Origin: Lama guanicoe
Lineage: Eukaryota
Assembly: GCA_013239625.1 (NCBI GenBank)
Contig: MU055594.1
Coordinates: forward strand, 20,512,039-20,576,038
Length of the DNA: 64,000 nucleotides
Direction of reading: 5' to 3'
The notes beneath the pieces are model-generated. The model had not been told where the DNA came from, ran no database searches, and was given only the letters and a program-made list of their open reading frames with translations. Of this stretch, positions 37,297 through 48,640 are shown in pieces; the stretch's first letter is position 1; the number at the start of each line of letters is the position of its first letter. Both the position numbers and the translations under genes were made by a program.

Positions 37297-37516
37297 TCTT
37301 TTTTTTTTTTTTTGATGGGGGACGGATGTAATTAGGTTTATTTAATATAAATATAGTAAGTAAATAACTAGGCTTATATATCTAGATAGATAGATGATAG
37401 ATAGATAGATAGATAGATATACACACACATTTTTTAATGGAGGCACTGGGGATTGAACCCAGGACCTCGTGCAGGCTAAGCACACATTCTACCACTGAGC
37501 TATACCCTCCCCCCAT
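37297..37516 (-). mobile_element. tRNA-derived SINE (Vic-1-like) with internal (GATA)n repeat
   Basis: SINE head 37435-37515; TSD ttgccgtctctt / ttgccatttctt; (GATA)n at ~37383-37418. Confidence 0.9.
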
Positions 37517-38549
37517 GCCTTGCCATTTCTTGATACCAGGACAAATCAACCAAGAAGCAAGACGGCAAATACTTGAGCTGCTGCTTCCATAAGACCAGGT
37601 GGCCCAGTTGGAGTTACCCAGTAGACATGGCAGGATTTTTTCAAAGGTTTCGTCTTTACAAAGCTGAATCCTGCTTGTTTTTGCTTTTATTTTGTGAAAC
37701 AGAGGCAGCCCCTTGACATTCTTAATGTGCTTTAAACAGCAGAATTAATGCTTTTAGAAGCGCATCCTGCTCGATGAGCCTCTGAAGGCCGTGTCATCGG
37801 TGTGGATGACCTGCAGCCACCCAGGAGCCCAAGCCCAAAACTGGGCCTGACAAGAATTCAATAAATATTTCGATTTAGTTCACAGAACAGAAATGTCATC
37901 AGCTAGACAGGATTTTAGACTAGTTTCCCGAAAGAAAATTTGAGGGAAAGGAAATTATATCTGTGGTTCAAAATCCTGAGGTCCTGCAGAGCAGGGGCGG
38001 GGGAGACATTTAAGAATGAATATTAAAAATGAGCTTTTCTGCATGAGTGAAGACTGAAAGGTTCCAACAAGAAAAGTCTGCACTGTCCTTTTCAAAATGG
38101 AGAAAGGTTATATGTCAAGAAAATAATGCCTGTCTCAAACTGCCTGCCACCCTACGAGGCAAATTCCTTCCAAATCTGCCGCTATACCAGCTGCTGAGAG
38201 AAAAAAGCAAAAAATAAAAATTAAATTTTTAAGTGAACAGAGTTCCTGTTCTCTCAGCAACCTGAAACTTAACCCTAAGATTCAAGTCCCCTTCGTCTCA
38301 AAATTTAACTATTTGAGCCCCAAATTTTTCCCCTGAAGTCCTTCCCCCTATCCCAGCAATGCCTCCAGTCAAATGACAATATTAAAAACAAATTTTCAGC
38401 TGATAAGCATAGATTCATCTTTTCTTTAATCTGAGACCAAAAAAAAAAAAAAGGGAGAGTGGCTGATTTTCTTGGTAAGAAACTTAACTTCATATTGGGC
38501 TCTAAAGAAAAAGGATCTTGCTCTTGCTTAATCATAATAAATCCTGTAT

Positions 38550-38720
38550 ATACAAGATCTTGTGGTAGCTCACAGGGAGATAAAAAATGTGACAATGAAT
38601 ATATGTATGTTCATGTATAACTGAAAAATTGTACTCTACACTGGAATTTGACACAACATTGTAAAATGACTATAACTCAATAAAAAAAAAAGTTTAAAAA
38701 TAAATAAATAAATAAATAAA
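38550..38720 (+). mobile_element. L1 3' end of a distinct (probably younger) subfamily with (TAAA)n tail
   Basis: cttgtggtagctcacagggagataaaaaatgtgacaatgaatatatgtatgttcatgtataactgaaaaattgt...gactataactcaataaaa. Confidence 0.85.
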
Positions 38721-39991
38721 TTCTATAATATCTTCCCTTTCTCTGGCTTTATCTTTTCTTTTTCTTGCTCCTTCTAGTTGCAAAATCAGCCCCAGCCTCC
38801 CCTTTCTGGGCACAGCAGACGCATGAGATTGAGGGAAGAAAACCTATTACCAGCTTGGGCTCCCAAGTGCCACTTGGCAAGTCCATGAGGACACATCTTG
38901 TCCCAGTCTCCCCAAAGCTAAGGACCCAACCCAAGAGGCTACAAGAGTGGCCCTGTGCCGCACTTCCTCTAGCCACTTGGAATCTAGTTCTAAGTGTAAA
39001 AGCAGTTTTGGATAACCACAGTGCTCTGGAAGTCTGAGACACATGAAAATAACAGGTTACTCCACTTGTGCAGATTACATGAGCGCAGAGAATGGGAAGG
39101 ACAATCTGGTCAGAGAGCAGTGATCGGGGACCAGCATCGCCTGATTCATTGTGGGACTGGAGTCTGGCCGCCTATCTGAGCAGGAAGGCTGGGTAGTCAG
39201 CCAGTCACACACCCAGGGGGGTGGCTCGGCAGAACACGGGGGTCATGAGTTCACTGCAGGTGTGCCTGGGTGTGGGGTTGGGGCTTGGCTTCCTGCAGCT
39301 TCGTATGTCTCCCCAGGGTACGCACGTCTAAACCTAGTCTCAGGGATGTTACTAGATTCTGCATCAGTCTCCTGATGTCCGATTCCCAGAGGTCACCCTC
39401 ACACCACACAAAACCCACCTCCAGATCCCATACACCCACACGTTTCCCCACTCAATTCCATGGATTTTTCAGTTCTTTGTTCATTTAGAATAACTGGGTA
39501 AGTTTCTAATTAAAGCAAAGCTCAGGGATCTTTCAACTGCATCCCACTAGGTAACCCACTTTGGACAACGTGGCTCTAAAAATGGACCTTTAAATCACCT
39601 CCTGCTACCGGAGGCAAATCCAGCGCCTACAAGTGAGAGCTAAGATGCAGCCAAACCCCGGCTGAACACTGGAAATGAGGTTTGTGTAAAAACTGGACAC
39701 TTAATTCACGGGACAGATATTTACTGAAGACCTACTATGTGTGTACCAGGCACCGGGCCCACGAGCTGACCGTTGGATCTTGAGAACTCTATTCCAGCCC
39801 TTATGGAGTTGAACTTACGGAGCTGAGGGGTGGAGAAGCAGTGCCTAACTCTGGGCAGGGGAAGCGGAGGAGATGAGGCAGAAGGAGCCTCAGAGTGAAG
39901 GTCTGAAACAGAAGGAAATTTCTGAAAGCCTTTGAGGAAACCTCAAGATGCACCACAGTGGCCATAGTTAAAATTGGAGAAGTGCCACATC

Positions 39992-40078
39992 ATTTTTTTA
40001 AAAGGGGGTATTAGAGATTGAACCCAGGACCTCGTGCATGCTACGCATGCGCTCTACCACTGAGCTATATCCTCCCCC
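39992..40078 (-). mobile_element. tRNA-derived SINE (Vic-1-like, short form) within an L2 remnant
   Basis: gattgaacccaggacctcgtgcatgctacgcatgcgctctaccactgagctatatcctcccc. Confidence 0.88.
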
Positions 40079-40814
40079 TGGTTCCACATTTTGATCTTAA
40101 TCCAAAATGCAATGAGGTCATGACATGTGTATATTGGAGGATGGGGGGAAGTGGCAGATAATCACATCTGTGAATAAAAATGCTATCTGGCTGCAAAGAG
40201 GAGGGTGAAAGGGGTTCTGGGGTAAGCGGAGTAGATAAGAAAATCCACTTAAAAGGTGGAGACCAAGGTGAAAGTTGGGGGTGACTTGGACTCAGGTGGT
40301 GGCTGTGAAAAGAGGCGAAGGCAGCAGACTTGAGAGGTCAGATCAGCTGGATCTGGGGAACAATGGCCGATGGAAGAAGAAAGGGGAAGAAGTCACCGGT
40401 TTTCAAACTGGACCCAAGAAAGCACGTCGCAGAGCACAGCTCTCAGGGCTTTCCCTCGGGCGGGGACGGGAAGGAGGGCTCTAAGCGCCCCCATTTCTGC
40501 CTCAGACACAGCAGCTCTGATTTACCAATCTGCCGGGGGGGTCCAAGTAAGAATTCATTGGAAGGAAGTTTCAGTCCTAAAACAAGTTTTAAAACCATTG
40601 CCCTGGAGAGACTGCTAAGAGCTCTCCCAGCTTCAAAGTTAACAGCTAAACCCATCTGAGCTACAAAGCTAGGGAAACTGCTCCCTGGGCTCTTCATTGT
40701 CACAGAAACTCTGTCGAGACGAAGAGGGGGCAATGTCCCCTTCTCTTAACAGACATGCAGGTGGCACCCGAGAAAAGTTATTTTCCTAAGGCCTTTTAGT
40801 CAATTTAAAATTAG

Positions 40815-40933
40815 AAGAATATGAAAGAAATATATATATATGTATGTGTGTGTGTATAAATGAATCACTACGCTGTATGCCAGAAATTAACATGACATTG
40901 TAAGTCAACTATACTTCAGTTAAAAAAAAAAAT
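40815..40933 (+). mobile_element. L1 3' tail
   Basis: agaatatgaaagaaatatata...tgaatcactacgctgtatgccagaaattaacatgacattgtaagtcaactatacttcagttaaaa. Confidence 0.85.
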
Positions 40934-42764
40934 AGAGCTTTTCCCACTAGATGGGTGGCAACCCTCTGGTTTCTAAGAAAATCAAAATGACGTAAAAACT
41001 CATCCTCAAAGACGATTCTGGGGGTGAACAATGGGGAGATGGGGGGACAGCAATCAAGGTCAAAAACAATATTGAAGAACATTTCCTGTAAAATGTGAAA
41101 ATAAGTTCAGATGATACTTAAAAGCTAATCTTGGGGAAAACAAACCTGAATCGGGAGATAGAGTCACTGAAAAAAGTTCAAGAGAATAGGAACCAGAATT
41201 CCTGAAGCTCGTTCTGCCTGGTCAAGAGCCCTGCTTCCTCCTCTGCACAGAGGCAGGGAAATTAAACCAAAGTTTTAAACAAAGCCTCAGGCCTCAAATG
41301 CAGAATCAAAAAATTGAGAAGCTTTTCAACACATCCACATCTCCAGCCCATCACCTGAGATCATGTGACTCTGCAACGGGGCCAGGAATTCAGGGTTTTG
41401 GTTTGTTTTGTTGTTAAATTTTCCAAGTGATTCTGATGCCCAACTCAGTTTTGGGACCCCCCTGAACTAATAAGACAGCCCCCCTCGGGCCCTAATGACC
41501 TCGGATTCTGGGAATCAGAGCCCAGTTCCACGGTCAGAGCCCCTCCCTCTGCCTCTCACCCAACGTGGACCCTTTTACTGTTTTCATATTGCTCTTTTTA
41601 AATTATCATGTCTACAACAAAAATACACATTCTTGTAGCAATTCTCTTAATTGTAAAATAGAGTAAAAATGTTTAAATCTCTGCTCACATCTGCCCCCTC
41701 CCCAGACACTCACTGTTCATTTCACTGTGCATCTTTCCAGACCATTTTCTGAGCATTTACACATAAAACACACATACACACTTCCAGTTGGCCATTTCAG
41801 CCACTCTTGGTTTGGTTTGGTTTTACACATATAAAGGGGACAGGTCATACACACTGTTCTGTGATCTGCTTTTGTTCACTTCCTAATACTACATCACTGA
41901 AACCTTTCTATGTTGGAACACAGAGGCTACTTCCTTCTTTATAACAGTCAGGTGCTCTTCAGTAGTATGGCTATGACTTTGAACATGCCCATCTTGAAGA
42001 ATTTAGAGCTTTTTCCTCCTGAGGCTCATGGATTGTTTCCTTGTCCATGTGTTGGTGTGCACAGGAATGCTTCTATAAAGTAAGTTTGCTTCCTTCTGCT
42101 CCCACTCTACATCCCGGCTTCTCTTTGCTTTCCTTCTCATCCCAAATGACAGCTACACCCAGGCTGCTCTCAGTCTTTTGAGGACCCCTTTCCTTCAAGA
42201 ACAAAAGAAGTCTCCATTCAACCCTTAGCTTGGAACCTCTCCCTTCTCCTACTCTATTATTATTATGACTCTATGAGATACATATTTCCAGCCTGCGGGA
42301 GGACCAGACCTGAAATAAGAAGAAGAACTGGGCAAAGATCTAGAGAACAGAGGACTTATATTCTTATCCAGACTCTCTGCCTTAAGATCAAATGGACCTG
42401 GCTTTACATGCGTGTTCAATTAGCAGGTTGGACTAGGTTGTATTCAACTCGAACCTTCCAGGTATCTGTGATCATTTGTCAAGTTCCATCTTCTCCAGGA
42501 AGCCTTTACAACCATTCCTAGACACTCAGATTCCAAGCCAATGAGCGAACTCTCCATCGTATTTCCTGTTTTTGTCCATCATTTTGGTGCCTAATTACAT
42601 ATTGCCATGTAATGTCTGTTGATGGCTTCATAACTGTATATATTTATCTTCCCGTAATGATTATAAGCAGCTCCAGGCCAGGGACAACCACATAGACTGC
42701 ATTTCCTCCCTTGCTCAAGCACCTCAATGATGAAGATCACAGAAACGATAAACAAAGCATCCTC

Positions 42765-42970
42765 TGAGCCAAATGTCGGCAACTGAAATCCTGCACGCCA
42801 CCTGTTCTGGTAAATAAGTTTTATGGACATTCATTTAGGTATTGTCTACGGCAGCTTTCACGCTACAACAGCAGAGGTGGGTAGCTGCAAAAGAGACCAT
42901 ATGGCTGCAAACAAGAGTATTTACTATCTGGCCCTTTATAGGGGGGAAAAAAAGCCTGCTAATACCTCTG
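42765..42970 (+). mobile_element. MER58A-like hAT DNA transposon
   Basis: gtaaataagttttatggac...tattgtctacggcagctttcacgctacaacagcagag...gagaccatatggc...tatttactatctggccctttatag. Confidence 0.8.
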
Positions 42971-43786
42971 CTGAGCAGTCAAAAAAAAAAATGTCAAAAT
43001 ATACAGGGACCAGGAGCTCACGCACAGGAACCCTCAGACCTCCTCAGAGAGTCTAGCAAAGAGTAGTGAGCTTGTGGCTTCCTTTTTTGATGCCCAGTCC
43101 AACTCACATGTCACATCTGATCCTTTCCTCCCCTGCTTAGAACTCTCAATGGCTTCACTCAGGGCTTAGGATGAAATGCAAAATCTCACTAGAGTCGGGA
43201 CTTCCTCTGAAATGCCATCCCTTCCCTCCCCTTCCCAACTTAAAGCAGGTGTCAAGTTCTCCCCTCATTCCCAATTTTTTCCTATAGGACTACCATAATT
43301 TTGTAGTTACACAATCATCTGTCTTAGTGTGTCTTCCCCTCTGGAGCACAAGCCCTGTGAGGATAAGAACAGAATCTCTTTACGGATGCTCTCCAAGCCC
43401 TCGAGGACGGTGTCTGATGCGTAGTGTAACTGACAAGGGTTTGCTGACTAAATAAATGAATGCATTTGCAGACCATCACTAATTAGAAGCAGCACATTAA
43501 TGGGTGATGGTGGAGGAGGTTGCCGGGATGACACAGGTATAGAAGCAAGTGTGAGGAAGCCAAAAGGCCACCATCATGTAGCCACAATAATGTAGGAGAT
43601 TCAGCAGGCTGGGATCCTTCAGAGTAAGAGCAAAGAATTTCACCTCCAAAGACTCTGAGGATATCACTCTGTTTTAACAGAGCCATAACTGGTTTATAAG
43701 AATTATGCTCAGTGTGGAGCTTGAGGTGACTAGCAAATGTAATGGGGAATTTAAAACATCCCCTCTCATTTGATAAAAAAGATTAC

Positions 43787-44345
43787 ACTCAAAAAGATAC
43801 ATGGACCCCAAAATTCATAGCAGCACTACATACAATAGCCAAGACACGGAAACAATTAAATGTTCAACAGAAGACGATAAAGAAGATGTGGTATATATAG
43901 TGGAATATTACTCGGCCATAAAAAAGAATGAAATCATGCCATCTGCAGCAACATGGATGGACCTAAAGATTATCACACTAAGTGAAGTAAGCCAGACAAA
44001 GACAAATATCATATGATACCACTTCTATGTGGGATCTAAAAAGTGATATAAATGAACTTATTTATAAAACACACAGATGCACAGACATAGAAAACAGCTT
44101 ATGGTTATCAAAGGGGAAGATGGGGGAGGATAAATTAGGAGTTTGGGCTTTGCAGATACTAACTGTTATATATAAAATAGATAAACAAGGAACTACTGTA
44201 TAGCACACAGAACTATATTTAATACCTTATAAAACCCCATAATGAAAAAGAATATGTATGTATACTTGAATCATTTTGCTGTACACCTGAAACTAACACA
44301 CCATTGTAAATCAACTATACTTCAATAAAAAATAAAATATAAAAA
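43787..44345 (+). mobile_element. L1 3' end incl. ORF2 C-terminus remnant, with TSD
   Basis: ORF track peptide EYYSAIKKNEIMPSAATWMDLKIITLSEVSQT is the L1 ORF2 C-terminus; TSD aaaaaagattac at 43775-43786 / 44342-44353. Confidence 0.93.
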
Positions 44346-46504
44346 AAGATTACCCTAACTTGGTGCTTAGAATTATAAGCAGCATAAGGAGATTATTTTC
44401 CAGAAGTCATCTACGTTCCATCCTAGTTTAAACTTCAGTTATTTGAAAAATTTCATTTACTTAGGACACTTTATTTCACCAACAACAATGGGTAAATGAA
44501 CAAATATCAAGTGTACCACCCCAAACTGTGCAGGACATAGGAGCACTACAAATGCTTAGGGAGTGAGTCAAAGATAAAACACAGGAGAAAGCAAATTTCC
44601 AAGGGCAGCTCCAAAATGACCAGCAATAAAGGCTTCCCAGGTGTCCACACTCACCTTGGTGACCACACCTATCCTGTTATGTCACCTCTGCTCCAGGGCA
44701 CAGAGATGGACTTGACTGAAGCCCCCAGATGTGCTGACGCAATGTAGGATGCTGCTGTCTATTTCTCTCTTAACAAGTCTTATCCCATGACCTCATCCTT
44801 CAAATAAATGGGGGAAAAAAATCCTGTGCCGTTTCTAAGTGCAACACGTTTATGTCATTCCTGTCCCTTACCAAATTCCCATCATTTCTAATAGAAAATG
44901 AGCCCATTCAAGGCAGTGATCAACTTTTGTCTATTCCTCATGGACCAGCAGGAAGACCACTTGCGAGTCTGAGATAGAGAATTTTTTAATGCTGCATGAA
45001 ACTAGTAGGTCAAAAGGAATCTCAGTTACTGTGGATATTATAACAAAGAAAAGGGAACCAAGTTATTCCTGAGATGGTGCTGATAAAACCTGCTAACAGA
45101 TGATCAAAAGGCAAAAGCCAGGCGGCGTAGACACCTCTAGAATTTCTGACCATTTTATTTCTAGCACTGCATTAAATGTGGCATCACAAGACATCGGCTG
45201 CTGGGAATTCTCTAGATTCGAAGGGAGAAAAGAATGCATGAAGAGGAAGGCGCCCAGGAGAAAGCTTCTACAAAAGCACAGGCAGGGCTGTTTCCAGTTA
45301 TGTTATATAAATTTGGTTGGCTTTGGCATTGCCTACTCTCCTGTCTGATTTAAAAAGCCTCTGTTGCTAGGGCAAGAGCAGGGACTGCTGTTTCAAGCTG
45401 GTGAAGACAGAGAATGCCAAGGCTGGAACGTGCTGATGACATGATTGGAGGGAGGCAAGCTATGAGGACACGGGGGAAAAGCGGGAAAAAAACAGGCAAG
45501 ATGGAACTAAGCTAGATGCTGTCTTCCCTGGAACCTACCACGCAGAAGAGTGTGTGCACTCAGCCTTCGGGCCCTGGACCACAGAACTGCATCCCCCTCC
45601 ATCCACCACCATGGCTACTGCTTAGGCCAAGACTCCACCTGCATGGAGAAGCCATGTTATAAAGAAGACAGGGGTAAAGGTGTGAGGAGATTACACTTCT
45701 GTGCTCACCAAGAATTTATAGAATCCTTAAATAAACCAAGGCAAAACTGGCGACACCAGCCAGGGCAGCAACTCCAGCCTGAAAGTATAAACAAAACCTA
45801 TTTTAGTCTGAAGTGTGCTAAGCAAGCCGAGCTCTACCAGGTTCTCGCTGGGGAGGAGGGGATGGGGGAGGGGCGTGGGGGAAGGGGACTTGATCTGTGT
45901 CTCCTGGTTCTTATTTGTATAATGGATATAATAATAATACAATTAAATAATAGATTACATAGATAATTTAAAATAATAATATGATAAAAAATAATGCTTA
46001 GCATAACAATCCTACGATTGTTTTCAGAATTAATTGTGACAACAGATAAAGCCCGTAGAACACACATGACACAAGGAAGTTCTCCGTGAATGTATTTTAA
46101 TCATCGCTCCTTCTCCTTATTATTTCACCCCATCTCAGCTTCATTCCCTTGGGATGACACAACCTTTTAAAACAGCCCAATTAAAAACACAAAATATCCA
46201 ACTCCTGACACGGGAGTCAAAGACTTCAGATTCTAAAAAACTGTAATCCTAACACATACGCTACAAGGCTTGGAGCCCATCACAAAATGAAAAATACAGA
46301 CTGAACAGCAAAGCGGTAAAAGACAAGCCAGAGCCAAGTGGCATTTCCACGTAGATTTAGAATATAAACTTAGTAGATGGCAAATGAGAAAACACAAGAG
46401 GAGAAAGGATGTGCTGTTAATAAGTACACTGTAGACAAGTGGAGCAGAAGTTAACTAAGCATTTTCCAGAGTGAGTTCCCCAGATCTAGTCCCACAGGAT
46501 GTTA

Positions 46505-46857
46505 ATGATTCTAGGGTTTAAAACACGGCTGAATAAACTCCGGCCAGCTGCCTGCTTTTTTTTTTTTTTGAATAACCCACAAGCATAAGAATGGTTTCTA
46601 CATTTTAAATAGTTGTTGGGGGGGGAGCAAAAGAGTAAAATTTTGTGACACATGAGAATTATTTGAAATTCAGAGTTCAGTGTCCACAAGTCAAGTTTAG
46701 TGGGAAACACAGCCACGCCCATTCTTCTGGACCTTGCCGAGGTCGGCTTTCAAAGCACAGAGTGACAGCTGAGTGGTTTCCATGGAGATGGCAGGGCCCA
46801 GAAAGCCAAAAACATGATCAAGCTCTTGACAGATCAAGTTTATCAACCCCTTGTCTA
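46505..46857 (+). mobile_element. MER58B-like hAT DNA transposon
   Basis: taagaatggtttctacattttaaatagttg...tttgtgacacatgagaattatttgaaattcagagttcagtgtccac...ggaaacacagccacgcccattc. Confidence 0.8.
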
Positions 46858-46988
46858 AAAGTTTAGGAAATGCTCCAATTGCAGCCCTCTCTTGGAGAGA
46901 CACAATTGTGACAGTGAGAGTGACAGAGAGACAGTGGCCTGATGATGGGTCCAGGAGGACCAGCAGGACAGCTGTAGAAAGAGGTGAC

Positions 46989-47800
46989 ATATGAAAACAC
47001 AGATATATATGTACATGTATGACTGAAACATTGTGCTGTACACCAGAAATTGATACAACATTGTAAACTGACTATTCTTCGTTAAAAAAAAAAATGGTGA
47101 CTCAGCTGGACCCAGACTTATCTGACCATGAAACCCTTCACTCACACAAGGAGTATGATCATCCTGTAGAACAGAGTGATATAGTGCTCACACCACCCAT
47201 GCTGAAGTCCAGAAAAGTAGAAGAATCGTTTATTTAGCCCATCTGTAAGATCAATTTCGGACTCTTAAATCAACAACGAAAAAGAAGATACTCTCAGACA
47301 AAAAACAAAATGGGTTTAAGAATATTAACCTACACAGGGAACTATATTCAGTATCTTGTAATAGCCTTTAATGAAAAAGATTATGCAAAGATACATATGT
47401 ATAATTGCATCACTACGTTGTACGCCAGAAACTAACACGTATTATAATTTGACTACACTTCAATTAAAAAAAGAGTATTAACCTGAATTTTTGCGTTATG
47501 AAATATAACAATGTTAAAAGTAGGTTGCAAAAATACATGCCATATACAACTAATAAAAGCTTATAACTAATGGGAGTTTGAGATTTGCAAATACTAACTG
47601 CTATATATAAAATAGATAAACAACAAGCCCCTACTGTAGAGCACAGGGAGCTATTTCAATACCTTGTAGTAACCTGTAATGAAAAAGAACACGAAAAGGA
47701 ATATATGGAGGTATACATATGACTGAAGCATTATGCTGTACACCGGAAATTGACACATTGTAAACTAAATATACTTCAATCAAATTTTTTTTTAATTTTT
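46989..47800 (+). mobile_element. Three separate L1 3' ends (46989-47094, 47332-47472, 47569-47800), the latter two within an older L1M remnant extending to ~48390
   Basis: TSD pairs aagaatattaacct/aagagtattaacct (47318, 47471) and aaaagcttataact/aaaggcgtataact (47555, 47801). Confidence 0.85.
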
Positions 47801-48496
47801 AAAGGCGTATAACTGAAAACGTAAAGAATTAATACAAATAAGATTAACACAAATTCCACTCAATAGATCAGGCAGAGTAACTACAAAGGCAATTGTCACG
47901 TAAATACATTTACGACATCCCTAGCAACTACTGAAATGTAAATTTGCACAACCAAAGACACTTCCATATCTATATTAAAGCAGCATAAATAAATTAAAGT
48001 GATAAACTCCAACGTTGGCAAGCTTGTGGGGTAGAAGGTACATTTACAAGCTGCTCGTGATGCTCTAAATGAATTCAGTCTTTCTAAAGACAGTCTGGCA
48101 ACACACAGCAAGAGTCAGAAAGCCATTCATTCATTTCCTGTGACCCAGCAATCCCGCTTTGGGGAATACACATCAGATACACCTCAGTTTTGGGAACAAC
48201 CCAAAAGGAAAAAGAGCAATTGTTTTGTACAACGACAACTTTGTTAGTGTTGCTTGCTGGCAGTCAGAAGACAATGACAACAACCCAAGTGTCCAACAAA
48301 CAGTAGGATGACTCAACACACTGCCAGCCAGAGGCGAGGTGGCATTAAAAAATGGCAGGCATGAGGGTTGAACTGACATGAATCAAAGGACTTCAAACCA
48401 CATCCAAACTTTCCCCACTCCCACCCACCCCTTCCTCAGTCTCCCCTTTAAAGTAATCAGACCACCAAAGGCTCAGCTCAAGAAGCAGAGAGTCAG

Positions 48497-48640
48497 GGGG
48501 TGGGGTATAGCTCAGTGGTAGAGTGCATGTTTAGCATGCATGAGGTCCTGGGTTCAATCCCCAGTAACTCCATTATAAATAAACAAAAACCTAATTACCA
48601 TCCCCCCCCCAAAAAAGTTTTTTAAACTTAATTTTTAAAA
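48497..48640 (+). mobile_element. tRNA-derived SINE (Vic-1-like) inserted in an L2 (~48400-49300)
   Basis: ggggtatagctcagtggtagagtgcatgtttagcatgcatgaggtcctgggttcaatcccc; TSD aagcagagagtcag / aagccaagagtcag. Confidence 0.9.

Noticed and set aside
43801-44016. 71-aa ORF with a recognisable protein motif
   Set aside because: Degraded L1 ORF2 C-terminus, not a host gene.
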